Origin: Octopus vulgaris
Lineage: Eukaryota
DNA length: 64,000 nucleotides
Reading direction: 5' to 3'
NCBI GenBank assembly: GCA_951406725.2
Contig: OX597829.1
Coordinates: 35,030,001-35,094,000, forward strand
This document shows, in pieces, positions 42,136 through 57,357 of the stretch. The translations under genes were made by a program, and so were the position numbers. Under the pieces are notes generated by a model. The model searched no databases. It worked only from the letters and a program-made list of their open reading frames with translations, and had not been told where the DNA came from. How positions within the stretch are numbered: the first letter of the stretch is position 1; every line of letters begins with the position of its first letter.

Positions 42136-42519
42136 ATTTATATATGCATATGTATCCCTATGTATGCATGTATGTATGTATATATGTATGTATGCATGCA
42201 CGCATATATGCATGTATGTATGTATGTATGTTTGTATGCATGTATACATGCATACATGCATTCATACAAGTAGGCATGCATGTGTGTGTATGCATGTATC
42301 TATAATATATATACATACATATATATGCATGCATATGTATATATGTATATGAATATGTTTATATGTATGTATATATGTGTATACACGCATACATACGTAC
42401 ATACATAAATACATACATACATACATGCATACATACATATTTACATACATACATACATGCATACATACATACATACATACATACATACATACATACATAC
42501 ATACATACATACATACAAC

Positions 42520-43290
42520 TCCTGAGACCCTGAAGCTTGTCTGATCCATCAGTCGTGTTCGATGTATTCAGTTACTTATGAAGCCTAAGTTACGGCAGTG
42601 TTCCAAAATAACATAATCGAGTAGAAAAATTACATTGGTTTATGCGAAAGCAATTTTAAACGCCTTTATTTCTCTTTTCTTCGACACTGATAAAAACAAA
42701 GCCTTTAAGTTGGCAAGATATGTATGGGATCTGAAAACCAACTGCTTACCATATACAATCAAGTGGAGAATCGTGGAGAAATCTACTTTATAATGTAAAT
42801 GGATCAAAGATATGCAAGTATCCGTTGCCGAAAGATCGTACATTGTTTTAGATCGAAGAATTCCATCACACTACTTAATTCCAGACTCGAAATTTTTAGA
42901 AAATGCAAGTACATGGGCAAATTTCTTTTGTCGAACTGGAGGACACGACACTCACTGACGTTGGCTTAATCTCTGTTATGTTATTCCACACCAGCTAGAT
43001 TAGTTACAATTTCTGCAGAAAAAGGGGACGAAGATTATGCTGTTTTAACTCTTTTTTCTTTCTTCGCGTTCAACATTTTGCATCAAACTTCTTTGCATTT
43101 TTTTCACGTTTTTTCTTATGTTTTCTCATAGACAAGTTTCCTGGGTTTCAAATAAATCTAACAGTGTGCACTGAGTCTGAAACATTGCTTGGAGACACAT
43201 GGTTTGCTATATAAATGTGCCAAACCATTGTGTCTCAACGTCATGAAACTATTAGTAACTCTTTCTTAAATTCTGTATATTAAATTATAC
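42520..43290 (+). mobile_element. Penelope-like element 3' end: GIY-YIG remnant (42520-42945), 3' UTR and hammerhead-like motif (43173-43261)
   Basis: KNYIGLCESNFKR, KLARYVWDLK..YTIKWRIVEKS, TLLNSRLEIFRKCKYMGKFLLSNW; then gagt-CTGAAAC-[long hairpin]-GAAA-ctattag-TA-actc. Confidence 0.8.
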
Positions 43291-43325
43291 ATGTACGCTC
43301 ATATAAAGGGAAAGAGAGAGAGAGA

Positions 43326-43377
<52 letters not shown>

Positions 43378-44359
43378 GAAAGAAGAATATAAAGTCAGGA
43401 AAAACAAGAGACTAGGGAGATTGAAAGATTAAGAAAAATGTGTTGATACCAAGAACAGAAAAACTGAGTAAGGAAGAAACACACACGCATACACACATAC
43501 ATACACACACGCGCACACACATACACACACGCACACACACATACACGCGCATGCACACACACACACACACTCTCACTCATGCAGCACGCACGCACACACA
43601 CACAAATATACCCACAAATTATGTGTTATTGCGTATAAAGCGGTGTATTAGAAGTGTGTGTATGAAAGCAAGCATGCGTCTGTATTTGCCCATGAATGCT
43701 ATGTGAGTGTATGCTCGTCTGTGTTGGTTTAGTATCGACTAATATGACGGCGTAATCAAATTAATTGTGTATGTTGCGTGTGTGTGCATTTAACATAACA
43801 TGTTGTTGTTGTCATCGTCGTCTTATCGCCGATTGACTGTAAACTTATGATACACGCCAAAAGTTTGCACAAACTAAGAATTATTCGTTTACGGCATGAA
43901 CTTTTGTTGGTAAGACAAGTTCCAAATCTTTTTTCGTGGGATCCATGATATTATTTATCAACTTTCTTCCCATAACGGTGAACCAGGATCACAATTCATA
44001 GAATCATGAACAACTCACGTAAAGTCATTGAGAGTTACGAGGCAAAATGTAAACATTTACTATCCGAGTTTAATGAAAGAAAAACCAGCAAATAAAAATA
44101 AAATTAAAATAAAAGAAGAGCGCAATAAAGATGTTACGAAGAAACTTTGCAACTAATGATAATAAAAGACGCCTATTTATTCCCGAACGAACACTCAAAG
44201 ATACGCATGTATACACATACATGCACAAAGAGTCACGTACATACATGACCATGTGCACTTACACGCATCTGCATATGCGTCTGAATGTATGCATAATATA
44301 TCACACACACACACATATATGTATATATGTGCATGTATATCTCTTTATATATATATATA

Positions 44360-44479
<120 letters not shown>

Positions 44480-44499
44480 GAAATATGTTACGAAAAGAA

Positions 44500-45216
<717 letters not shown>

Positions 45217-45590
45217 GGCGCAGGAGTGGCTGTGTGGTAAGTAGCTTGCTAACCAACCACATGGTTTCGGGTTCAGTCCCACTGCAAGTGTTTTCTGCTA
45301 TAGCCCCGGGCCGACCAATGTGAGTGGATTTGGTAAAGGGAAACTGAAAGAAGCCTGTCGTATATATCTATATATATATATGTGTGTGTTTGTGTGTCTG
45401 TGTTTGTCCCCCTAGCATTGCTTGACAACCGATGCTGGTGTGTTTACGTCCCCGTCACTTAGGGGTTCGGTAAAAGAGACCGATAAAATAATTACTGGGC
45501 TTACAAAGAATAAGTCCCGGGGTCGATTTGCTCGACTAAAGGCGGTGTTTCAGCATGGCCGCAGTCAAATGACTGAAACCAGTAAAAGAG
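45217..45590 (+). mobile_element. SINE family A, full length with small deletions
   Basis: Head ggcgcaggagtggctgtgtggtaag through tail gactgaaaccagtaaaagag. Confidence 0.9.
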
Positions 45591-45676
45591 TATATATATA
45601 CATATGCGTGTCTGTATGTGAATGTGTGTATGTTTATAGTTAACCATACTCATGTTGTGTATGGTTGAGCATATAC

Positions 45677-45742
<66 letters not shown>

Positions 45743-46239
45743 ATACATATATAAATATGTGTAAACACTATAAACGAACAGATCCATTTATATTTATATA
45801 TATGTACGTACATATATATAAATATAAATACTAATAATTACTAATATATACACTCACATAAATATAATTTTTAATATATTTATATATATTTGTATATATA
45901 TAAAATATATGTATATATATATTTGTATACATATAATATATATATGTATATATATATATTTGTTTGTATCTAAACAGGAGATTGGAAAGTTTTTGGTATT
46001 ATTTATTCACCATTGCACATGTTTCATTTGCTAATAGGGATTACAAAATTGTAAATGTATAAGCATGAAAGAAATTTCCTATTAGAAACTCTTCAGACAG
46101 AGAATCAAAAAATGTAAAATTTACATTTATATGAAGAGTTTGTATATAGTCAGTAATCAGGGGTCCCGTAGATCAGAAATCCTATAGTTCCAGTAACGAC
46201 CATTGCAAGATGACTGGTACTATTTTGATTGGAATTTTT

Positions 46240-46490
46240 ATGTCAGAGTATCTTTCTCCTTGAAGAGCAGCCTTCCCCACAGCTTTGTAAAAAATAACGG
46301 AACCCTCTTCTAGCGCTAGGAAATCTATTTAACCTGCGGATGGGATCCTGACAGATACAACCGTTCTGGGTCAGCACAGACCCGGGGAGTATGGTATTAA
46401 GGAGTGACCCCACGCTTCCCCACAACCACAGAATTCCCAAACTGGAGCCCTACCACCGGATGCATATGTTTTGTCATGCCCAGGACACAT
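46240..46490 (-). mobile_element. Unclassified interspersed repeat (related decayed copy at about 38770-38905, +)
   Basis: Both begin tgtcctggg.atgac and share ordered blocks (tgcatc/tgtatc, gggtct/aggtct, tgac, tgtca..gatc). Confidence 0.45.
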
Positions 46491-46503
46491 TTGTACGTAC
46501 ATA

Positions 46504-46555
<52 letters not shown>

Positions 46556-46599
46556 ACACACACACACAGACACACACGCGTGCGCAAAAGGGACAGAAA

Positions 46600-47828
46600 T
46601 GCAGGAAAAACAGTAAAATGTGACAATCAATGCAAACTTTGTGGAGTTAATACCGAATATATCATCCACATCATAGCAGTTGTCAAAAAATCTCATCACG
46701 GTATTTTCTATCGATGAGACATGATGTTGTAGCTAGGACACTCTATAATGAAATCCGCCGGAAGGATAACCCCGAGAACAAAGAAATATTGCAGAAGCCA
46801 TAGCTACTCGTAATAAAAAGGAGTGTTGGTGGAATGTCCCAGTGAAAACCTTAATAAAATGTAAACACAATAAGACTGATATAATGATAAAGAAGAGAAT
46901 CTGTGTACAGTTGTGGAAATAGCTGAAAAGCTGAAGATCAGAGAAAAAGAGAATACCAACGCTGAACTATTGAGAAATCTGCGGTAACTCTATCCAGATA
47001 ACAATTTCAGGTTTATTCCCTAATTATTGGGGCACTGGGCCGTGTAACACACTGCCTAAATACCAATCTTGAGAAATTAGGCTTCTCAAAACCAGAAAGG
47101 AGAAAGCTGATTCAAAGATTACAGATCCAATCCATTATTGGAACTGTAAAAATCTGTAAAACTTACCAGAAGTTAATCATTTAAGAATATATGAGCATGC
47201 CTAGATATGCAAGTATATACGCACGAGAAGACATGCATAAAACAAAACATACAAATCTGCAAGTATACATACATACATATATATATACGTACATACATAC
47301 ATGCATACATACATAATACATACATACATACATACATACATACATACATACATACATACATACATACATACATACATACATACATACATACATACATACA
47401 TACATAACGCACTGCCTAAATACCAATCTTGAGAAATTAGACTTCTCAAAATCAGAAATGAGAAAGCTAATTGGAAGACCGCAGATCTAATCCATCACTG
47501 GAACTGTAAAAATCTGTAAAACTTTGCAAAAGTTTATCATTTAAATATATATGAGCGTGTCTAGATATGCAACTATAAGCATAAGAATACATACATTAAA
47601 CATGCAAATTTGCATTTACATACATACATGCATGCATACATACATACATACATACATACATACATACATACACACATACATACATACATACATACATACA
47701 TACATAAATACGTACATGCAAACAAAAATACCTTGTTGATGTTGAAATCCCAATGAAGGAGCCTTAGATCTAGGTTAGAAACCGGCTCTTTCTCTACTGG
47801 CAAAAAATCTTGAAATAAAACTGCATGA
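46600..47828 (+). mobile_element. R4/Dong-like RLE LINE 3' end with a tandemly duplicated terminus
   Basis: MRHDVVARTLYNEIR, YPDYNFRFIP..IGALG..LEKLGFSK..LQIQSIIGTVKICKT. About 47045-47405 is repeated at about 47408-47720. Confidence 0.8.
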
Positions 47829-47829
47829 T

Positions 47830-47866
<37 letters not shown>

Positions 47867-48499
47867 ACACACATACATACATTAATACCTCAAACATACA
47901 TTAATACCTCAAACTTCATCTATATTAAAAGAACTTTCATTTTCGTTTTGTTTTGCATTCTCTGTCTGTATCGAAAGTATTTTCAATTAATGTTTGATCG
48001 TTCTCAAGTGCAATTCGTCATAGACCACACACATACGCGCATATATATACGTGCATCCACATATGCTTTGTCTCGTGTGAAACACTGAGAAATTCGGAAG
48101 TCATAAAAAAAAAAACTGCTTAAATGCAAATGGGGGTATAATTAGGATTTCCATATATATATATATATATATATATATAGAGTAAAAACATTCCTTAGAT
48201 AGAAAAAGTGGATAGATTCGCTTAAGAGCCACTTGTCCTCCGCAAGCTGAGCAACCACAATACCACTGCAACGAAAAGACTTAGCAGCTTTCAGCCTTCA
48301 AAACTAAAATCCTGTTTCTCTGTGGTAAGATGTTTACTTTCAGGCCACATGGTTGTGTGTGTGTGTGCGCGCGCGCGCGCGCGCGTGTGTGTGTGTGTGT
48401 ATGTGTGTGTGTGTGTGTGTGTATGTGTGTGTATTTAATCATTATATACTCGCGCATTAATCATTATATACTCGCGCACACACATATTATAAACGTAAT

Positions 48500-49797
48500 T
48501 TTACAAAATTTTCTCAACTCATCTGAAGTAAACTGAGTTCCATTATCATACACAATGGTGTTAGGAATACCATATCTGGCAAACTATTCGTGTAAAAGAC
48601 TTTCTGTAACCGCAGATGTCGGTTTTTTACACTTATGCACGTCAGGCCACTTTGAAAAACTGCCCACTGCAACAAGGTAATATCAACCTTTAAGTGGACC
48701 TGCATAATCAACATGCCGTCTGGACCATGGAATATCTGTTTTTGTCCACAGTTGCCATTTAGTGGTAGGTGCTTTTGCAGTTAGGATACGCCCTCTGCAT
48801 GCTTTGGCTAGTTCTTCAATGCCACAGTCCATTCTTAGCCAATATACGTAACCTCTTATTAACAATTTCATTCTCGAAATACTTGGATGACTAATGTGAA
48901 ATTCCTTTAATAACCACTTTTGTAGTGTCGCTGGCACTAACACGTGGTTATACATTGAGAGTAGGTTCGAATTTGTGTTACGTTCAGCAAAACGAATATC
49001 TTTATATCTTTTACCTCTCAGCATTTTTAATGAATTGATCGTTTTCTGCTCTTAATTTTATGCAATTTGACTATACTTTTTTTTCTGCAGGTAGTAGCGA
49101 ACGTGAGGCATGAACCACGGTCTTCATGTTACCATCTTTACATTTATGTAGCATTATTGTTCCGACACCGTACTGACAGGCAGCTAAAGCTACTACAATG
49201 TCTACTGCAGGATCGAAATATGCTAATGACAAATCTGATGCTAATATCTTTTTAATTTCATCGAACACCTTCTGACAATTTTCATATTAATTTTACTTTA
49301 CATCTTTTTTCAGTAGATTATTTAATGGAGATCTTAACTTATACATATTTGGTATATAAATTTGAAAATTATTTGCAAGGTAGATATATTTGTTGGGAGG
49401 GAGTATATTTTTAATCGCATCTGTCCTTGACGGATCTGGTAGATGACCATTTTCATCAATGATTTGTTCCTTAATATTTAATTTGAGGTAAGAAAAATTC
49501 ACACTTCTCACTCAAAGTGAAGCCGTAATCCTTTATTTTTTTGAACACATATTTCACGAGCTCAACATACTGATTCCAGGATTCACTTTTAATTAATATA
49601 TCATCCAGGTAGGCCATCGCGAAGTCACACTCTGCAAGCATCGTATCCATCACTTTTTGAAATATAGATGGAGCAACTTTGATGCCAAACGGAAGCCAGT
49701 TATACTCGCACATACCTTTATGTATATTGATAGTTAGTAGCTTAAAACATTCGTCTTCTACTTGTATCTGTAAGTAGGCATCATACAAATCTAATTT
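48500..49797 (-). mobile_element. Ty3/Gypsy LTR retrotransposon pol relic (RT, RNase H, integrase)
   Basis: FSKLDLYDAYLQI, LPFGIKVAPSIFQ, AYLDDILI, AACQYGVG..HASRSL, HISHPSISRMK..YVYW, PWSRRHVDYAGP. Confidence 0.9.
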
Positions 49798-49799
49798 TG

Positions 49800-50499
49800 A
49801 GAACAATTTACCACCATTTAGTTTCGAGAAGATTGCATCTGGGCTTGGTAATGGGTAGTTGTACTGCTTTAAACAGTCGTTTAGTCCCTTCTAGAAATCT
49901 GCACGAACACGAGAATCAACTGGGTGGACTGTACCGGACGAGTTTCGGGCCGGGGCCTATGGATAATTTCCAGAGCGACGAAACTGTTCTGCACGCTGTC
50001 GTTCAGTGTCCCAGCATTGCTGTGTTGTGGGTTTATGTTGAACATATGCTGTCACGTGTAGGATGGATCCGGCTATCGGCTGAGTCAGTTTATTGTGAAG
50101 ATCGTCCACTGCTTTCCTTTCAGCAGGCAGTGTTTCTTTGCCTGATAGCCTTAGTGAAAGAGGTTGTGTGGTGGACCAGATTGAAAGGGCTGAAGACAGA
50201 TATTTTCCACTTTGGCCAACCCTTCATCCACTTTTTCAAGTTCCACTTGGAAAAGAAAATGAAATTGAAGAGGGAAGTGCTGCCTCTTAGCAATTTTGTT
50301 AAAAGGTGAATGAGTGCTGAAAGAATGGTTTGAATGAACGAGCCTACTGTAAACATGCACCTGTAGGTTGAAGGAGGGCGATGTGGAGAAAGCACTTGTC
50401 CCAGTGGTCAAGGTAACCGTGGGGTCTCACATTGTATTGTCCCCTCACATTGTGTTGTCTTGCATCATCCCCAATAGTTTTGTGAACTACTAAAGAAAA
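49800..50499 (+). mobile_element. Diverged Tx1-family 3' fragment ending in (ATC)n
   Basis: FGPGPMDNFQSDETVLHAVVQCP..VKEVVWWTRLKGL..FFKFHL. Terminus tgtgaactactaaagaaa is followed by (atc)6. Confidence 0.8.
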
Positions 50500-50528
50500 C
50501 ATCATCATCATCATCATCAAAATCATGA

Positions 50529-51187
<659 letters not shown>

Positions 51188-51276
51188 ATTATTATTATTA
51201 TTATTATTATTGTTGTTGTTGTTGTTGTTGTTGTTATTATTATTATTATTATTATTATCATTATTATTATTATTAT

Positions 51277-52114
51277 TCAGTAGTTTTATTTTTATAGCGT
51301 GCTTTCACTTCACTACCGAGCACAGCTCTGTGTGCCTTGGGTATGTGCTGTGATTTGTTGTGATGCTCTGATGGTTATTGTATGGAAAGTGTTCTGCGTA
51401 GGATGTGTGCAGTGCCTAGTAGTGCAATTTTCTGTATGTTATATGTGTTTGTAAGTCCTGGTGTTTTTGTTATGTATTTGTCTGAATATTTTTTTATCAT
51501 GCCTAATGCACCTACTATGATAGGAATTGTTTCTGTTTTCAGATTCCACATTCTAGTTACCTCTATTTCCAGGTCTTTGTATTTTGAGAGTTTCTCCATT
51601 TCTTTTAGAGACACGTTGTCATCAGCCGGTATTGATACATCAATTAGAAAGCATTTTTTTTCTTCATGATCTCTGACAACTATATCTGGTCTGTTGGCCT
51701 TAATTTCTCTATCTGTGTGTATCGGCATATCCCAGAGTATGGTTGCTTTCTCGTTTTCTGTGACCTTTTCTGGTGTGTGCCTATACCATCTTTTTTCTGT
51801 TGTTATTCCATAATGTTGGCATAGCTTCCAATGTATGTAGGTTCCAACTCTGTCGTGTCTGTGAATATATTCCTTCTTAGCCAAGACTGGGCAGCTAGAG
51901 ATAATATGATTTATTGTTTCTTGTCCATCTCCACATATTCTGCAGTTACTTGTAATATTTCTTTTCATTACATGTTTTTGGTAATTTCTGGTGGGGAGGC
52001 TTTGGTCTTGTGCTGCAATTAAAAATTCCTCTGTTTCTGCTTTGAGTCCTGAGCTTCTCAACCATTCCTGGGATTTTTCTTTGTCTATTTCTTTTGCGTT
52101 TAGCTTAGTCCAGT
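51277..52114 (-). mobile_element. 5'-truncated Dong/R4-clade LINE inserted in (TAA)n; uninterrupted C-terminal ORF ending at 51375
   Basis: AAQDQSL, CRICGDGQETINHIISSC, RHDRVG, NRPDIV..LIDVSIP..EKLSKYKDL, IPIIVGALG, IQKIALLGTAHILRRTL. (TTA)n on both flanks. Confidence 0.92.
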
Positions 52115-52193
52115 ATTATTATTATTATTATTATTGTTATTATTATTATTATTATCATTATTCAGTAGTTTTATTATTTTTATTATTATTATT

Positions 52194-52361
<168 letters not shown>

Positions 52362-52376
52362 GTTATTATTATTATT

Positions 52377-52967
52377 GAGTGAGAGAGCAGTGCATGCCAT
52401 CAAGTGACACTGGGGTAAAATATACGAAGCCCAATATATCCATCATGACTACCCGTCTGATAAAGGTACACCAGGCACATGCATCACAACCATATGTGCG
52501 CGACATGGTGATCTCATATCAAGATAAACAGCACATGACCTTGCAGGTGGGGCCCACTTAGAATTTTCTTCAGGTTGGGTAGCCCATCCCGCTCAAAAGG
52601 TCTCTGAATAAGGGTTGTTTAAGAATGTTGAAAGAACCACCCATGTTTCCGGAGGTGAATTATTCAAACCCCAAAGAATCCCCCCAACACATGGCCATGA
52701 TGCTCCCCCACTACTTCTGCTCGTGATCAGAGATGCACATATCGTCAGCCACTAAGGGACATGCTCAACTGGTTAAGGTCAAACAACTGACAAGCAAATC
52801 TGTGGTATTGAGCAGAATATTTGCTGTAGCCCATCTTTTATATTAGAATATTTGCTGTAGCCCATCTTTTATATTACTGTAGCCCATCTTTTATATGCTG
52901 TAGCCCATCTTTTATAGCTGTAGCCCATCTTTTATATGCTGTAGCCCATCTTTTATATGCTGTAGCC

Positions 52968-52970
<3 letters not shown>
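52377..52970 (-). mobile_element. ~530-bp non-coding element, copy 2, truncated, with a stuttered end
   Basis: Matches copy 1. Seven copies of ctgtagcccat at 52824-52970. (TTA)n on both sides. Confidence 0.8.
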
Positions 52971-53039
<69 letters not shown>

Positions 53040-53143
53040 AGTAGTAGTTGTTGCTGTTGTTATTATTATTGTTGTTGTTGTTATTATTATTGTTGTAGTT
53101 ATTATCATCATCATCATCATCATCATCATTATTATTATTATTA

Positions 53144-53340
53144 AAGGGGTCGAGCTGGCAGAATCATTAACTCACCGTTACATTTCGCCTGTCTTTACGT
53201 TCTGAGCTTAAATTCTGTCGAGGCCGATTTTGCCTTTTATTCTTTATAATAAGTACCAGTCGAGTACTGGGGTCAACGTAATCGACTTCTACTCCCCTCA
53301 AAAAAACTGCTGGCACTGTGCCAAAAATCGAAACCATTAT
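53144..53340 (+). mobile_element. SINE family B copy
   Basis: gagctggcagaatc head, aagtaccagtcgagtactggggtc core, (TTA)n tail. Confidence 0.7.
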
Positions 53341-53904
53341 TATTATTATTATTATTATTATTGTTGCTTTTGCTGCTGCTTTTATTATTTTAGTTGCTGT
53401 TGTTTGGTGTTACTAGATTTACTGTTGCATCTGTTGTTGCTAATGCTGTTGATGTTACTGCTGTTGTTGCTGCAGCTGTCTCTAGCTTCGCTATTTTAAA
53501 CAGATATATTTGGAAAAAAATTTTGTCTCATTCATTTTAGTAGTCATCTGTTATTTCATTCTTTCATTTCTTTTTTCATTGTTACCCTTATTTCTGTGAT
53601 CCTTTCCCCTTGTCTTACGCACCCATTCCCTAGTTCCCTCATTTACAAATTCAGTCGATCACTCTTCCTCTTTCTTCCCTTTTCCTTCCTTCCTTCATTC
53701 ATTCAGGAATTGATTTTTTCGCTCACTATGTTGTTTATAAATTCATATATTCTTTCTTGCCTTAAGCCTCACTTCTTTGTTCAATAATTAACTCATTCAT
53801 TTATTTAATCCCTTGTTCATTCCCTTCTCTCACAAACTAATTCTCGTCCTTTTGGCTCATTCAGTCCTTCAATACGTCACTACTTCACTTACTAATTCAT
53901 TCTG

Positions 53905-54540
53905 CACTGACTCACTCACTGACTGACTCACTCACTCACTGAATCACTCACACACTCACTCAGTCACTCAGTCACTCACTCACTCACACACCCACCCACT
54001 AGCTCACTCACTCACTCTCTCACTCATACACTCACTCAGTCACTCACTCACACACTCACTAACTCACTCACACACCCATCCACTCACTCACACACTCACT
54101 CACTCACATACACCCCACCCACCCACTCACTCACTCACTCACTCACTCACTCACTCACTCACTCACTCTCTCATTCATACACTCACTCAGTCACTCACTC
54201 ACACACTCACTAACTCACTCACACACCCATCCACTCACTCACACACTCACTCACTCACACCCACCCCACCCACCCACACTCACTCACTCACTCACTCACT
54301 CACTCACTCACTCACTCACTCATACACTCACACACTCCACTCACTCACATACTCAGACACTCAGTCAGTCAGTCAGTCAGTCACTCAATCACTCACTAAC
54401 TCATACATTCACTCACTCACTCACTCACTCACTCACTCACTCACTCAATCACTCACTCACTCACTCACTCACTAACTCATACACTCACTCAATCACTCAA
54501 TCACTCAACCACTCACTCACTCACTCATTCACTCACTCAC
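53905..54540 (+). repeat. (CACT)n degenerate microsatellite
   Basis: Direct read. Confidence 0.95.
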
Positions 54541-55044
54541 ATATACCTCACAAATACATATTGGCAGACTTCTTAGATATCTCTATATTTCTCAATGGTT
54601 TAAGTAAATCCCCGAAGGTTAGAAGACAACAACAAAACAACAGCTTCATTGGGAAAATATTTCCATAAACAGAAACAAGTGATGTAGTTATTAAAAGATG
54701 CTTCAGTATAAAATAAAGTATCGGCTGTAACACTAACAACAACAGCAACAACAATATAAGAAAGCATTTTTACAAATTTTTCCAGCAAAATGACTGGATT
54801 AATTAAAACTTCAGACTAAAATAGTCACATTATGTTTTCAAAATTACTTTTTGACTATAATTTTGAATAATTTAACATAGCATCTGGAATTGTACTTTTC
54901 ATGAGATTAATTTTAAATTTTTCCTCAAACGATATCGAAAATAAATTTTTCGAAACGATGTAAAACTGTTATTTTAATTTTAATTTCTGAATGTTAATTT
55001 AAACAAGGTAGAAAAAAATTAATATATGAACAAGTGAAATAATT

Positions 55045-55088
<44 letters not shown>

Positions 55089-55749
55089 GAGAGAGGGAGA
55101 GAGTTGGAGAGAGAGAGAGAGAGAGAGATATATATATAGAGAGAGAAAAGAAAAAAGAAATCTTATAAACACTACAATTTTGATTCTAAAGTTTACAAAA
55201 TTTTAAACATGTATCTTCTTAAAGGTCATCTCACCTGGAAAGAACTTGTAGATGATTTTGAGTTAATACGTGACATTACATAAGCTATTATAACTTAACT
55301 TGTTTATTTCAGAAAGTATGATTAGAGTGAATTCGAGAACTAAGAAAACTTACTCTGGACTGAAAAAAATATAAAAAAGGGAAAAACTCTTGAAAAACTG
55401 AAAAAAAAGAGGAAAAAATTGAAAACGCTATCGAAATAGTGTCTACAACAGGAAGTGAAGCAAACTGAAGTTTTAACTGACATAATTTCTTTATTATCAT
55501 CGTCAAGAGTTTATTTATTTCAGCTACAACAAAATCGCTTTTGAAAGAAATGTTCAATCAAAACTAATACAAAGGTCTCTGTGTTTCTTCGGCAAAACGC
55601 TTTATTCCGTAGACATGACCCATGTCCATTTTCATGGACAAGGGTCACGTCTACAGTGATCTTTATATTTAAATCGCTTTCATCGTGTAACTGGTGTTTG
55701 TCAGCATTTCTGAAAGTCTAATCCTTGAAAACAACCTGAGCGTGGAAAA

Positions 55750-57357
55750 AATAGCAAATAAACACATATTTCAATTCCCAGTAAAAAAAAAAAAAAAATT
55801 AATAGCGAAAAGATGCACAAAACAAGTCACAAATGCCAAAGAGATATGATATAATGAAAAAAGAAGTACCCTGAATCAAATAACGCTTGAAACAATAATA
55901 CCTTCACTAAATCTCAAATAATCCGTCGGTATGAAAAGTTACGACGACTTTTTGAACAAAACAAATATTTCGATTTCAACCTAAAATGATTTTACCAAGA
56001 ATTATGCAAAAAATAAAATCGAAATCTATGCAACATCAATAGCAAGGGCAGTAAAAGGCTTTTGGGAAGGAATTTGGATAGAGATGGTATCGCTAAAGCG
56101 AGAATAATCCAATCAACAAACTGAGCACCTGAAGAATCGTGGGAGTACATGACAACTCAGGAAATAGCCAGGATGCTAAAAAACAAACAAACAGAAAAAA
56201 AAAAAATTGGGAAGTATCAGAGTGTGATAAAGTTCCAAACATTTAACTGAATATTTAACTGTCATAATAAAATTCTGGCAAAAAAATTTAACGACTTATT
56301 GAAAAGCCAGAAAACGTAAATAACTCGCCAAAGGAAAAAAAAACATCTCGAGATCTTCAGGCCCATATAATCTTTACTATAGCTTACAAAACATTAACTG
56401 CAACAATATCACAATAAATAAATGACTACTTATAAAAAACAACTCACTGCCCGAAGAAGAGATACAGCAAAACTCACCTGGTTGTAAATATCGATTATTT
56501 AACCAAAAGCAAAAAAAAAAAAAAAAAAAAAAAAGAAAAAAGAATATGACAAAATTTGACTAAACAGAAAGCTTTTAACAGTGTTTCACGAGTAAGACTA
56601 TAATAAACAGGCACGCTAAAAACGCCATGTGTAAACTAGCAGCTAATTCTCACAAAAAAAAAAAAGAAAAACCAAACCAAACAAAATAAAATAAAACAAA
56701 CCTTATATCTATTAGAAGAAAAGAGAGTCTCTAAGGACTCTTTTTGTACTCCTTTCCTGCCTGGTGTTTATAACTTTAAACAGCATGTTAAAGTAAACTG
56801 AACTTGAATACAACCACTAAGGAATAGAAATCTACTATTTTTCCTATGAATGACCTCAAATTGTACGCATCAGTGATAAACAAGAAACATTTATACAGAC
56901 AATATACTAAAAGCGTTGGTATAAAATGTTCGTTAGATCACTGCGCCATAGCAACCTTGGAGAGAGGGAAATTAACTAAAACACTAACGCTACGTTAGAT
57001 AAAGAAACAGCTAACAAAATTAAAGCAAAACAAACTTAGAAATTAATGAAGTTGATTGAGCACAACTCGCATAAATGAAAAGAAAGTTTAGGAAGGACGC
57101 ATTAGACTAATAAAAGCATTAGTTGCATTAGAAAAATAATAGGTGCATTAGATTAATACGTATAACAGAACTATATATATAAAAATAAAGGAATCAGCTT
57201 CAACACACTAGCAAATAGGTTATAGTTATAATACTACTAACTGGAGACAATGATGATTATCAAGACTAGCCAGTAGAGTAAGAATAATTCAGACTGCATT
57301 TGGAACACACCATCCCTAATTTGAAACAGAAAGACTATATTTGCCACGGATTGAGGG
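55750..57357 (+). pseudogene. Very degenerate R4/Dong-like reverse transcriptase
   Basis: Ordered remnants FRPI..AYKTLT, KAFNSV, MNDLKLYA, LDHCAIATLERGKL, FNTLA, HHP..TERLYLPRIEG. Confidence 0.65.

Noticed and set aside
47744-47792. ATGAAGG-agcct..aggtt-a-GAAA-ccggc-TC in the RLE LINE 3' UTR as a hammerhead
   Set aside because: First core half is wrong and stem I is not adjacent. More likely a 3' UTR stem-loop.
54548-55575. Possible exons (minus 54548-54815, hydrophobic; plus 55313-55574)
   Set aside because: Frameshift and stops in the plausible frames, and no recognisable family.
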